Positions 46,944-58,047 are shown, counted from the whole stretch's first letter. The stretch is DNA of 62,883 nucleotides, filler included, from Globobulimina sp. (GCA_003354225.1; 51 parts of 51 records of this genome joined end to end with filler, not necessarily neighbours in it); one strand, 5' to 3'. Made by a program: numbers and translations. Notes: a model not told the origin generated them from the letters alone.

Positions 46944-47645
46944 GACATGAATCTCGCAGATTTTTGGGCATTGGCAGCAACGTTTGCTATTGAATATGCA
47001 CAAGAGTTAGATGTATCAAATCCAGGCGACACATTGCCATCAATTCCATATTATTTTGGCAGAACTGCTTGTCCCACGGCCCCAGAAGCGGTGGATACGA
47101 AACAGTTCGTCGGTGCTGGTTGGGGATGGAATAATGTTTCAAGATGGTTTCAGCAGCAAATTAATTTTACTGAACGAGAAACTGTAACAATTGCAGGTAT
47201 ATATAGATACATTTTAAACGTTACGTTTTGATTTATTTACATGGCAAGTTAGGTGCTCATACTTTGGGGAAATGCCATCAACAATTTTCTGGCTATTCCA
47301 GTATTCGATGGAAACGCAGAGGACCTGATCAATTAAATAATGAGTATTATCAGAATTTGTTTAATTTTGAGTGGCAACAACGACTGAGTCCAACTGGTTT
47401 ATGGGAGTGGATCAGTGTTGATAGAGGGAGGGAAATATTAATGTTAAATTCTGATCTGGCTATGATACTGGACATTGATGATAATGTTGATTTAGATGAT
47501 GATGGAATAGTGAATTGTACGTATGCAGATTGTCCACATTCCAGAGTTAGGGATATTGCACAAGAATTTGCAGATGATAATCAAAAATGGCTTAATGAGT
47601 TTGCTGCTGTGTTTACAAAATTAATTACCACCGGGTATGATGTTG
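46944..47645 (+). CDS. Non-animal heme peroxidase (APX/CCP-like) C-terminal part; intron 47197-47252
   Basis: ADFWALAA; IPYYFGR; ETVTIA/GAHTLG (proximal His); LNNEYYQNL; MLNSDLAM; FAAVFTKL. Confidence 0.85.
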
Positions 47646-47752
47646 AGACATTGACGTTTCCCGTTGATGTGGATGATGCAAATTCTGTAGCTTCACTTGT
47701 TTATCATGATGAAACTAGATGTCATCCAATATTTGAACTAAAACGAGTGAAC

Positions 47753-48075
47753 ATGGGATTGGCCTTCGATTGTTGTACACCAAATGACGGCGGCGTAGAT
47801 GACAAAGAAGAAGAACTCAAAAGAAGTTTACTACGAGAAAACGACCAAAAAGAACAAACCGCGATTGAATTGCATCCATTATTGGTGCAAAATGAGTATC
47901 CGGCGGCCGAGTTGGCGAAATGCAAAGGATTGATGGCCAAGCATTTGACGAAGGACTTATTTGAGAAGTTGAAGGAGTTGAAGACGGCCAATGGCTTCAT
48001 GCTCAAAAATGCGATAAATACCGGGGTGAAAAACCCGCAGAGTTTGGTGGGTATTCATGCGGGCGATATCGAGTC
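47753..48075 (+). CDS. Phosphagen (arginine/creatine) kinase N-terminus with MG..CC acylation-like leader; in frame with the peroxidase
   Basis: CKGLMAKHLTKDLFEKLKELKTANGFMLKNAINTGVKNPQSLVGIHAGDIES. Confidence 0.85.
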
Positions 48076-48182
48076 NNNNNNNNNNNNNNNNNNNNNNNNN
48101 NNNNNNNNNNNNNNNNNNNTTAATTAATTAANNNNNNNNNNNNNNNNNNNNNNNNNNNNNNNNNNNNNNNNNNNNATACATT

Positions 48183-48739
48183 TCATACATTATGAGGCAA
48201 TATTTTAGTTCTTGCGATGAGAACAATGTCTTCAATGGCTGTGCTAACACCAGATTCATTTTTATATAATCGCGCAACTGTGCTTACTTTTGTATTTATC
48301 GTTGCTTTTTTTTTAATGCTCCAATATTTACTCTGACCAAATATATTTAAATCAAATGTTTGCGCTTTTTCATCATCGGGAATTCTATCACCGGCATCAC
48401 CATTTCTCATTGCTGCTGCTTCAGCTGCTTTTTTTCTCTGACTGCCTTATATGCACCGTAGACTCGGTTGGCTAATATTGTACTGGATACACCAAATTCT
48501 GTTTTAATGTCTGCCCCGCTTTTTACTGCTTTTGCCCATTCCTTTCCGGTGATACCACCGCTTACAATTGCTCCAACAATGGTTTGTTTGGTAGCCTCTG
48601 GTAAATTAACACTCTTTACAAAATCTGCCAAATCTGCGGTTGTCCATTCTTTTATTTTGTAGCTAGTCGGATATCCTGCAAATTCAATAAAATCATCATT
48701 ATCAGATTCTGACTCAACCGAGAATAAAAAGTTGAACAT
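48183..48739 (-). CDS. SAM-domain protein with ubiquitin-like C-terminal part; frameshifted at about 48410
   Basis: IKEWTTADLADFVKSV...GITGKEW (SAM); second frame TKVSTVARLYKNESGV...IVLIARTKIL. Confidence 0.5.
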
Positions 48740-48954
48740 GGATACAATGCTTTACCCAAAAAAACGCAGTAAAAGTGGAATTACTCCACTCCTTTTGACC
48801 CGTTTGACCCGTCACAAAATCTTATACAAAACAAAAAAATGTGATGAATTATGGGATATTATTATTAAATAAAAAAAATGTGATGATTGGGAGTTGGACC
48901 CAAATCTTATTTATAAGATGCTCTCAATGAGCTATCATCACAATAAATTCGATT

Positions 48955-49255
48955 CCATCAATGAGGCGACTCTGTCGCCGCCATATTTATCATAATAAAT
49001 AAAATAATATATCCAGAGATGAGGCGACTTCGTCGCCGCCATAGATACAATAAATAAATCTTATTTCGATCAATGAGGCGACTGCGTCGCCACCATATAT
49101 GCCATTTTAATATCCATCGATGAGGCGACTGCGTCGCCGCCCATAGATACTAATAAATGTAATAAATCCATCGATGAGGCGACTTCGTCGCCGCCACCAA
49201 ATAAATAATAATAATATCCATATATCCATCGAGGATGCGACTGCGTCTCCGCCAT
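48955..49255. repeat. Six hairpin-forming repeats (CCATCGATGAGGCGAC-nnn-GTCGCCGCCAT) separated by variable AT-rich spacers
   Basis: Cores start at 48961, 49019, 49073, 49120, 49174, 49232 (periods 58, 54, 47, 54, 58); last copy degenerate. Confidence 0.9.
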
Positions 49256-49409
49256 TAATACCATAATAATTATAATAAATAATCTTTATGATTGGCTTTG
49301 CTCGGCAAANNNNNNNNNNNNNNNNNNNNNNNNNNNNNNNNNNNNNNNNNNNNTTAATTAATTAANNNNNNNNNNNNNNNNNNNNNNNNNNNNNNNNNNN
49401 NNNNNNNNN

Positions 49410-50236
49410 GTGAATATATCAATAATATTCTCACCTAATAATAAAAATAAACCTCGCTCAAAGTTTGATAATGTGGCCAATAATGGCAACACATTAATTT
49501 GTATCAATATATCGTCGCTTTGTAACAATGTCAATAAATCTGCAAATAAACCACTTTCTATATACATTTCGATGACATTTTCTTGCGTTTTTTCCTCCGT
49601 TTTTGTATGTTTATAATATTGATTTAAAGCGCCAATCCATAGGGCGTGGCCTCTAAATTTTATGGTTCCTTTATCGATTTGATTTATATTATCGTTTTTA
49701 TTCCGGTCTTTTGTAGTTAGTAACATTTGAATGATGTTTTTGGAGAATAATGTTTTTAATAATAATGGATTTGAGCTGTGTTTAATTATTATTTTTTCTA
49801 AAATTTGGAATGAGGATTCGAATGGGGATGATATTAAAGATAAACTCCATAAGAATAAGGTTGAGTTATTATTAACAATCCAATATTCAATGTCTTTATC
49901 GCTTTGAAATGCGGAATGTAACACATTTATGGATAAAATATTTAATTTTTCATATTCTGGGTTTGATGATTGCTGTAAACCAGAAATTAACCATTTTAAT
50001 ACATTTTGATTACGTATTAATTCGCTGCCAAGTGAAGATCCAAATATTTTAAGTATTGCTGTTGATATTATACTAAATGAAGTGGGGACAACTAATAATG
50101 CTCCAAATATAAACTGTTGTAAATGATGAAAATAAGCAATTACACATAAGTCCAAAGGGCAAATATAATTAAAACTTAACAGTGATATCAATTTGTTTGA
50201 GAAGAACTTCACAAACGTGTTTGTAATCTGTTGCAT
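49410..50236 (-). CDS. PSMD5/S5b (Hsm3)-like proteasome assembly chaperone fragment
   Basis: ESGLFADLLTLLQSDDILIQINVLPLLATLSNFERGLFLL resembles the PSMD5 conserved ARM segment. Confidence 0.65.
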
Positions 50237-50793
50237 TCTAACCAGTAAATAACATTTTTATCTGATGCATATGATTTGTCGGCTATAAATGGAAATAAAA
50301 GTGTGAAGACTCGAACCCTCGTTTAAACCTTCTGATCGCCTAGACTCACAACGGTTCAAATTTCCCGGCGGCTTTCTTTCAACGGTCCATGCCTGCTATC
50401 CAAACCATTAATCGAGAATCTTCATTTTACAAGTATGCTGAAGATTTATACCTAGGTTGTTTTGTCTTGCAGGAGTTGTTGAACAGTCTATGGTGAAAGC
50501 TATGGAAAAAGCGCTGGGCAACCTTGTTGGCACAAGCAGTGGANNNNNNNNNNNNNNNNNNNNNNNNNNNNNNNNNNNNNNNNNNNNTTAATTAATTAAN
50601 NNNNNNNNNNNNNNNNNNNNNNNNNNNNNNNNNNNNNNNNNNNTTAAGTTCTATTTCTTACCAGATTTGATATTTTTTAAAAATGGTACCAGTACTATTT
50701 ATGCCACCATTCGCGATGTTCGTGTGGATGTAGAAGATTTGGTTAAGTTATATGATATGTACTAATAAACGTTATTTTATGAAATACACACAA

Positions 50794-51141
50794 TTATTTC
50801 AAGCTATAGTAAGCGGGTTCTAACAAATCATAAAAGTAATCACATTCATCTTTCGAAAGAAACAAATTGTTAATAAATGTATCATTAGGTAAACGAGCTC
50901 GGTGTTGACGTTCCCAATTCCAAGCTGCGGAATGTTTGTATCGTCCGGCTAAATGTTTCAAATCAAGCTTTTCATCATCCATTAACCAATCCCAACCGAG
51001 ACCACCAAAATCAAGGCACAAGCTCGAAAAACCACCAGGATAATTTTCTATCAATAAAATAAATACCAATCTACAAGCGATGTAATAACCATTTGGTTTT
51101 TTGATGGTCATGTTGTTTTCAGACTGACGGAAAAGTTTCAC
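50794..51141 (-). CDS. Hypothetical; weak resemblance to a Harbinger-type transposase N-terminal helical segment
   Basis: LPNDTFINNLFLSKDECDYFYDLLEP. Confidence 0.3.
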   Translation of the reverse strand: MKLFRQSENNMTIKKPNGYYIACRLVFILLIENYPGGFSSLCLDFGGLGWDWLMDDEKLDLKHLAGRYKHSAAWNWERQHRARLPNDTFINNLFLSKDECDYFYDLLEPAYYSLK

Positions 51142-51305
51142 ATTATATCAATGAACATCGTCGAGTAGACTCCAATTTTGAGATAAAAACTTGATTTCAG
51201 GGACTTGTTTTACTTAATTTCACAATATAAGTGTGAGTCATGCATGACTGGACGGGGGACCGGTGTCACAATAATATGTGTTAGGTGACGCGGGACGGGC
51301 AAGAG

Positions 51306-51777
51306 ATGGAAAAGCTGTTAAGAAGTTTGTATTACCAATTAGAAAAGCCTGGTTCGTTTACTGGTATCAATGCTTTGTACCAAAGTGCTAAAAGAGTGGA
51401 CCCCAATGTGAGCAAGAGTGATGTAAAAGAGTTTTTGAATCGTCAACACGTATATTTACGTCATCGCCGCATTCGAAAACCGAGAGGACGTTCTCAGCTC
51501 CATCCCCGCTTCGTGGTCACGGCTCCGATGTTAAATTGGTCGTGCGATACCGCTCTTTTCCCCCACTCCCGAAACCCGCATCTACTGGTATGCAAAGATA
51601 ACTTTTCTGGACAAACCTATGGTAGAGTTCAACGAAATTTAAAAGGTGCTACAACGTTGAGAAATTTCAATAAGATGATAGAAGAACAAGCGGACAACGT
51701 CCACCCTCACACTGCTTACACCGATAAAGGAATTGAATTCTCACTCTTTAAATCCCGTCTACCCACCAGACATAAAC
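51306..51777 (+). mobile_element. Polinton/Maverick (adintovirus)-type retroviral-like integrase N-terminus
   Basis: LYYQLEKPGSFTGINALY...VKEFLNRQHVYLRHRRIRK; WSCD; LVCKDNFS; YTDKGIEF. Confidence 0.8.
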
Positions 51778-52170
51778 NNNNNNNNNNNNNNNNNNNNNNN
51801 NNNNNNNNNNNNNNNNNNNNNTTAATTAATTAANNNNNNNNNNNNNNNNNNNNNNNNNNNNNNNNNNNNNNNNNNNNTAGAAGTAAGGGTCATACACAAA
51901 GTTTATGAGAAGGATATGATCGGATTAAATAAATAAAGAAAAATAACAAAGCAAAGCAATAGAATATCAAATTCGTTTTATGTCGACCCGAATTAACTTT
52001 GTATAATCATTGATATGCAAATGATTTGATTCTTGTGCATATATAAATATTTGTGCTTATTATAATCGATTCGCAAAGCTTTATTGCATGGATACAATGG
52101 ATAAAAATGTCCATTTCCAGACACATTCCATATTTAGTTTAATTAACTAAAAAACAGCTTACTAAATACC

Positions 52171-53011
52171 ATGGCAGATTTAGATAATGCTTTAAGAGTA
52201 TCCCATTTAACATTAGCACCATCAAATGTAGTGACACAGTCAATTACTGGCTATTTCTCGCAAACAAAAGAGTCAGAAATATTATTTGTGAAAGGCAATG
52301 GACAATGGCTTCAATTATCAACATTAATATCATCATCCTTGCGCAGTATTTGTTGTGCAAATACATTCGGTCAAATACGCACCATCAATAAACTAATACT
52401 TTCCTCATCAAATCCTGTCAAACAAACAGATTTCATTGCCATCACAAGCAATGCTGGAAAATTAATCATTTTACGATATGACAAAAATATTAAATCACAA
52501 AATGGCATGCAATGTTTTAAACTCCTCTCTGAATATAAAATATCCAAAACAGGATGTCGTAAATCTGAAGTTGGCCAATATTGTCAATGTATTCCTTTAC
52601 AGCAACTTCAAAATCAATATCTATTTTTTATTTCCGCGCCATTCCAAACCCATTTATTTCTAAAATTAACAAGTTAACTTATCTCAAATGCAAACATTCC
52701 ACATCCATTCAACAAACAAACACAAACAAAGTAAGTTCCGATGGCAGACAATTTGAATGGAATAGCTTCGCTCAACACATTGAAGCAAATTGTGTCATAT
52801 TTGATACTTCCTACACTTACTTATTAAATAACGACAAAAGTAAAAATAAAAATAAATCCAACCACCAACAATCATTATATTGTGTCAGCTTACAATGCGG
52901 TTTCAAGCCAACCAAAAATAACAAAGAGCCACCCACCAAAAAACGCAAAATAATTTGCAAAAAAAATGCCGATGACACCAAGCTTGATGAAGAAATGGAG
53001 AAAAATGTTAA
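52171..53011 (+). CDS. Divergent SF3B3/Rse1 (DDB1/CPSF1 family) N-terminal beta-propeller; intron 52673-52731; truncated
   Basis: HLTLAPS...ITGYFSQTKESEI; FGQIRTI; DFIAITSNAGKLIILRY; SKTGCRKSEVGQY. Confidence 0.7.
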
Positions 53012-53111
53012 NNNNNNNNNNNNNNNNNNNNNNNNNNNNNNNNNNNNNNNNNNNNTTAATTAATTAANNNNNNNNNNNNNNNNNNNNNNNNNNNNNNNNN
53101 NNNNNNNNNNN

Positions 53112-53280
53112 TTCGATTCTGTTTTCGACTTGAAGAGATATAATATCTCTGAATCCTGTAAAGTAATACTTGATTCGATTCCGTTTTCGACTTGAAGAGA
53201 TATAATATCTCTGAATCCTGTAAAGTAATACTTGATTCGATTCCGTTTTCGACTTGAAGAGATATAATATCTCTGAATCC
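53112..53280. repeat. 62-bp tandem repeat x2.7 containing the palindrome AGAGATAT-A-ATATCTCT
   Basis: Units start at 53112, 53174, 53236; the palindrome recurs at about 53759 and 53866. Confidence 0.9.
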
Positions 53281-54345
53281 AGAACCGAAGAGATTTAATA
53301 TCCACGATTCATAAATTTATTCAGATTTAGTTTGGTTTTACACACAGTTTTGCGTGTAATTGGTCTTATCTGATCTGCCTTAATTTGTAATTAGTCATTA
53401 TTAATATAAGATTTTTATCAAATGTGATTATTTGTACTATATATTAATAAGATATTATTATTTTTATTGTTAAGTTTGTGCCATTTTTACGATATTGAGT
53501 TTAACATTCCCATTATTTGTATTAATTGTATCACTTATTCCTCATATTTGCGTGATACGTACCTGTTTCAGACATATATTGACACTATAATTGTAAAATT
53601 TAACTTGTTTCTGTGTGATTCAAAGATTTAAAATAAAAAGTTTCCAATTATTTATATCATAAACACTACTTTGATAACTCTTGCAAATAGTGTAGGTTTT
53701 GCAAAAGGGCGGAGACTAAAAAGTGGGCGGATAAGGGGGGCGGAGCCTAAAAGTAAAAAGAGATATTATATCTCTGAAAATGCAAAATTTTTTGAGTTTC
53801 CCATAACTGGTGCTGATGAGGCGAACGACTACTCATCGGGGCCGTTTTGGGCACAAAACTGGAAAGGAGATATAATATCTCTGAAAATGCAAATAGTGAA
53901 CACTTTGATTGACCCAGATAACCCAGTAATGACCCAGATTACCAAGAGTCCAGGAGTCCAAGGTGAGCGGAATTACTGATATTTTCTTATTTTAAAATTC
54001 ACGAAGTAGTGATACATATATTATGAAAGCAATAACAAGTTTCGAATCTCGACTCGTCACTGCATAACAGCATAGGAACATTCGTCGCTTTATTCGAGGA
54101 GCCACTGTGCACTTTGAGTGAGCATCTTTGCCACTACTGAGTCAATGAAAAATGGCCATGGCGTTCTTGGGGTGATTCTATATTGGATACTATCAACTGG
54201 ATGATTTAGTATGCTCCACAAAGACAATTTATTTGTCATTATTTGNNNNNNNNNNNNNNNNNNNNNNNNNNNNNNNNNNNNNNNNNNNNTTAATTAATTA
54301 ANNNNNNNNNNNNNNNNNNNNNNNNNNNNNNNNNNNNNNNNNNNN

Positions 54346-55479
54346 TCCACCACCTCCTCCTCTGTAGTCCCCTCGGCCGCCGCCGCCATGCCCATTATTA
54401 TTAGCAACGGGACTGTTACTTCGAAATCGCGGTCGCCCCCCACCTCTAAATGCAGGAGCAGGCGAATCGTCATTTCTTCTTCTCTTACTACCTCGAAATC
54501 CGCTCTTTCTGCCCCGACCACCATATCTATCATCATCGCCCCCTCCCTTATTATCTCTGCCTTTGCTCCATGACCGAGATCTATTTCTCTCTCTGTCCCT
54601 ATGACTATCTCTGTCTCTGTCTCTATCTCTAAACTTAGGCGGTGGCGGCCGATCATACACTTTCAACTTCCTCCGATTATATTCCCTCTCATCATATACA
54701 CGCACATAATGTCCATCGAGTTTAATATGATCTAAACTGCGAATGGCATAGTCCCAATCTCCTTTATCTTTGAATTCAACCACGCCTTCATTCTGTTAAT
54801 GCGATTATGCGTTGTTGCAATGGTCAATAAAATACATAATAAAAAATACTAAACTAATCCATGTCTGTTGTATACATCGGTGACTGTGACCGATACTAAC
54901 TTTTCGTGTTCGACCCAGTCCCTGAGATCCTGCGCAGTGGTATTTGACGATAGATTGGTCACAATGCAGCGGTATTGGCCGCGGGTCACGTTCTTTGGCG
55001 GCGGCCGTCTGTATCGAGGATCACCGCCGCGATATCGGAATGGCTCCACTATCAATCTGCGGCCACGAACGCGGACACCATCATATTTACTATCATAGCA
55101 CATGCATAACATAACAGAATAACGAATGACATATTATCAATAACATTGAATGAAAGCATAACAGAGGAATTTCATAAAAAATAAAATGGCATAACACAAT
55201 TACATGCAGGCAAAAGATTACATAACATTCACATCAAAAATGTTTCTAAATGGTGTTTGTGTTTTGTTTTTTGGATTTGTTTAGTTAAAATTTATTGAAA
55301 AATTGTGCTTTTTTTTTGGTGTTTTTTTATTAGATCATACCGTATTGCTTCCTCAGCCGAGGCTGAATCGCCGTATTCGACGAAGGCAAAATCGCCTTTA
55401 AATTCTAATGATAGGCATTTGCCAATGTCGTTAAACATTTTCTCGATTTGTCCTTCCTCTGCATCACGTGGGATATTAC
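54346..55479 (-). CDS. SR splicing factor (two RRMs plus RS/RG tail); two introns (about 55092-55341 and about 54793-54854)
   Basis: NIPRDAEEGQIEKMF...KGDFAFVEY; YRCIVTNLSSNTTAQDLRD; EGVVEFKDKGDWDYAIRSLD; RDRD/RSRS. Confidence 0.88.
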
Positions 55480-55581
55480 NNNNNNNNNNNNNNNNNNNNN
55501 NNNNNNNNNNNNNNNNNNNNNNNTTAATTAATTAANNNNNNNNNNNNNNNNNNNNNNNNNNNNNNNNNNNNNNNNNNNNGG

Positions 55582-56604
55582 GATATAAACACAAATCAAG
55601 CAACAAAATATAAAAAAATACAAAAAAAAATAAAGCTCAAAAAAGATCCAGAAACACAAAAACATCAAAAAACAATGAAAATTGTAAATAGAATCAAGAA
55701 TAAACATGCAACAAAGCAACATAATTATAAAACAGATAAAAATATATACATTATCATAGTGATTAACAGCAAACAATTATATGTTGGCAGTATTTGTAAA
55801 GATAAAACAAAGGAAATATATTCAAAATGCAGCAAATATGAATTAGGAAAACATAACAAAGGGGGATGCAGCCAACAAAGATTTGAACGGATTTATGAAA
55901 ACAAAATAAGTTGTTTTATCAAAGAATGTACGGACAAAATTAATCAAATATTATCAAACAATGTCAATGCCGATCTAGTTATTATCGGAGGAAATGGCAC
56001 AACAAAAACTAAGTTGATTTCAAGCATAAAACATAACCATAAGCTCAAGAATATAAAATATGAATTGATTAAGACCAAAAATGGAGGAAAGAATGGATTT
56101 GATGAAATTTTCCACCGATTGAAAAATGAAAGAATAAATAAATATGGAATGAGAAATAAAAAGGACATGGATTTGATAGAAGAAGTTATGGAAATGGTTG
56201 AGAGCGAAGATAAATGCGATATGATATCGATCGGAATTGCAGAAACGATAAAAGTGATAAAACTGAAGATTGTACAATTTGTGGTGGTTATTGATGGGAT
56301 TTATAAATATGTCATTAAAAAGAAATCCAAAGCAATTAGGTTTGTTAAAAATGATTTGGAGCTAAATGAGATAGTGAAGGAAATGAATATAGATCTGGCA
56401 GATAAAAAGAAAAAATGGAGAATTGTTGAGTTTATGGATTATATCAATAATTTATGCCGGATTAATAATGTTACATTGAATATCATAGCAAATGATTGTC
56501 ATCGTACAAAGAAATTTGTTGATGATGTGTCAGGATGTGTTGGTGTTTTGTATCAATCGTCACAATATTTGCTGGATGATGAAAATGAGAATAAAACTGA
56601 TTAA
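55582..56604 (+). CDS. eRF1/aRF1 paralogue (M and C domains) with GGC in place of GGQ; 5' possibly truncated
   Basis: KHNKGGCSQQRFER; VIIGGNGTTKTKL; NGGKNGFDE; ISIGIAETIKVI; KFVDDVSGCVGVLY. Confidence 0.82.
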   Translation, partial: DINTNQATKYKKIQKKIKLKKDPETQKHQKTMKIVNRIKNKHATKQHNYKTDKNIYIIIVINSKQLYVGSICKDKTKEIYSKCSKYELGKHNKGGCSQQRFERIYENKISCFIKECTDKINQILSNNVNADLVIIGGNGTTKTKLISSIKHNHKLKNIKYELIKTKNGGKNGFDEIFHRLKNERINKYGMRNKKDMDLIEEVMEMVESEDKCDMISIGIAETIKVIKLKIVQFVVVIDGIYKYVIKKKSKAIRFVKNDLELNEIVKEMNIDLADKKKKWRIVEFMDYINNLCRINNVTLNIIANDCHRTKKFVDDVSGCVGVLYQSSQYLLDDENENKTD

Positions 56605-56813
56605 CTTTAGAGTTTTTTGTAATTTTATCTCCGGTCCTCGTCTAGCTTACATCAATCACCTCATGTCTGCTGTGTTATTATGCATTTTATTAGCATTCAG
56701 TAATTGCTCCGGTNNNNNNNNNNNNNNNNNNNNNNNNNNNNNNNNNNNNNNNNNNNNTTAATTAATTAANNNNNNNNNNNNNNNNNNNNNNNNNNNNNNN
56801 NNNNNNNNNNNNN

Positions 56814-57947
56814 AAATATGATTTTTGATTCGTCGTAGATACTTCTATACGAAAATAATTAGTGGGGATCATATTTAGGATCGCCAATCTAAAAGACAAG
56901 TGTAGACATTGGAGACATGAAATGTAACGGTCTCGAAAATCACTTAGTTGGCCAAAGTCAATTCAACACAGAATAAAACTTCAACTGCACAAAATCAAGT
57001 TTTATTGAATGGAGCTGCTGTGTTTGTGGTGTCCGATGCAGATAGATTTGCCAATACTGCATTTAATCTGACATACAAAGGTTTTATTATTGATTTTTAC
57101 AATGCCTTTGGTATTGCACCAATGTTGCAAGACACTGCATATTCACCGTGTTCTGCCTCATTCTGGGTTTATTTGAGAATAATGCGTATCCCGTCTCATT
57201 ACTACCAAACCATAACATAGTGGGACTGTTTGAGTCAACATTGAGGATGAAAGGGAATATGATGATTGTTGGCACCATACCTTATCCCGACGAGATATCC
57301 ATAAAATTAGCAGCCAGCAGAGGTTTAATTGTAACAGATCATCATTTTGATTTATTGGCGTCGATCAGCAATGAGTGGTTATGGCAAACTACGCCCTCTG
57401 CTCCTTGTGATGGCTGCACGGAGCAGCATGGAATGGTTATTTGTCAGGTCATTGCTAATATGAGTGACTGGATAATACGGTGCCAATACGGATAAAATAT
57501 AACTTATTTATGGTGTCCGACGATGATGTAAGTATTATGTTAACGGATAACGGGAATGGAGTGATTAAGGACATCGATGATTTTGCCAATGTGAGCGAAG
57601 GCGTTTATACTCGTACTGCTATGTACAATTATAATTATTATAAACGCAAATCAATTGACTGAAATAGTAGTAGTCTTTGAAACCGTTTGGCCATTTTAGT
57701 GAAATTGGCAGATTTGCAGCGAAATCAAAGAAAAATAAATATGCTATTATTAATACGTCGGATTTAAAACCGTGTATTTTGTCAACAATGGCTGTTTTTT
57801 GTTATTTGTATAATGGTAATAAGTGTGCTGCAAATGGTGATCCTCGACAATTTATGGTAAATTGGTGCGAGAAACATTATCTTTTCAAATTGAACAATTA
57901 TATATATGAAAGATATTATAATATCAATTATGTTGAAGCGGGGCGTT
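56814..57947 (+). pseudogene. Fragmented GH115-like glycoside hydrolase pseudogene
   Basis: FESTLRMKGNMMIVGT...LAASRGLIVTDHHFDLL and IINTSDLKP spread over four short ORFs in different frames. Confidence 0.55.
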
Positions 57948-58047
57948 NNNNNNNNNNNNNNNNNNNNNNNNNNNNNNNNNNNNNNNNNNNNTTAATTAAT
58001 TAANNNNNNNNNNNNNNNNNNNNNNNNNNNNNNNNNNNNNNNNNNNN

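Noticed and set aside
48955..49255. Bona fide CRISPR array
   Set aside because: Spacers are short, unequal, AT-only and mutually similar; repeats are not identical; no cas gene; the neighbouring gene looks eukaryotic. Kept as a repeat finding.
49070..49264. 64-aa repetitive ORF (GGDAVASSMD)
   Set aside because: By-product of the hairpin repeat array; unit lengths are not consistently multiples of three.
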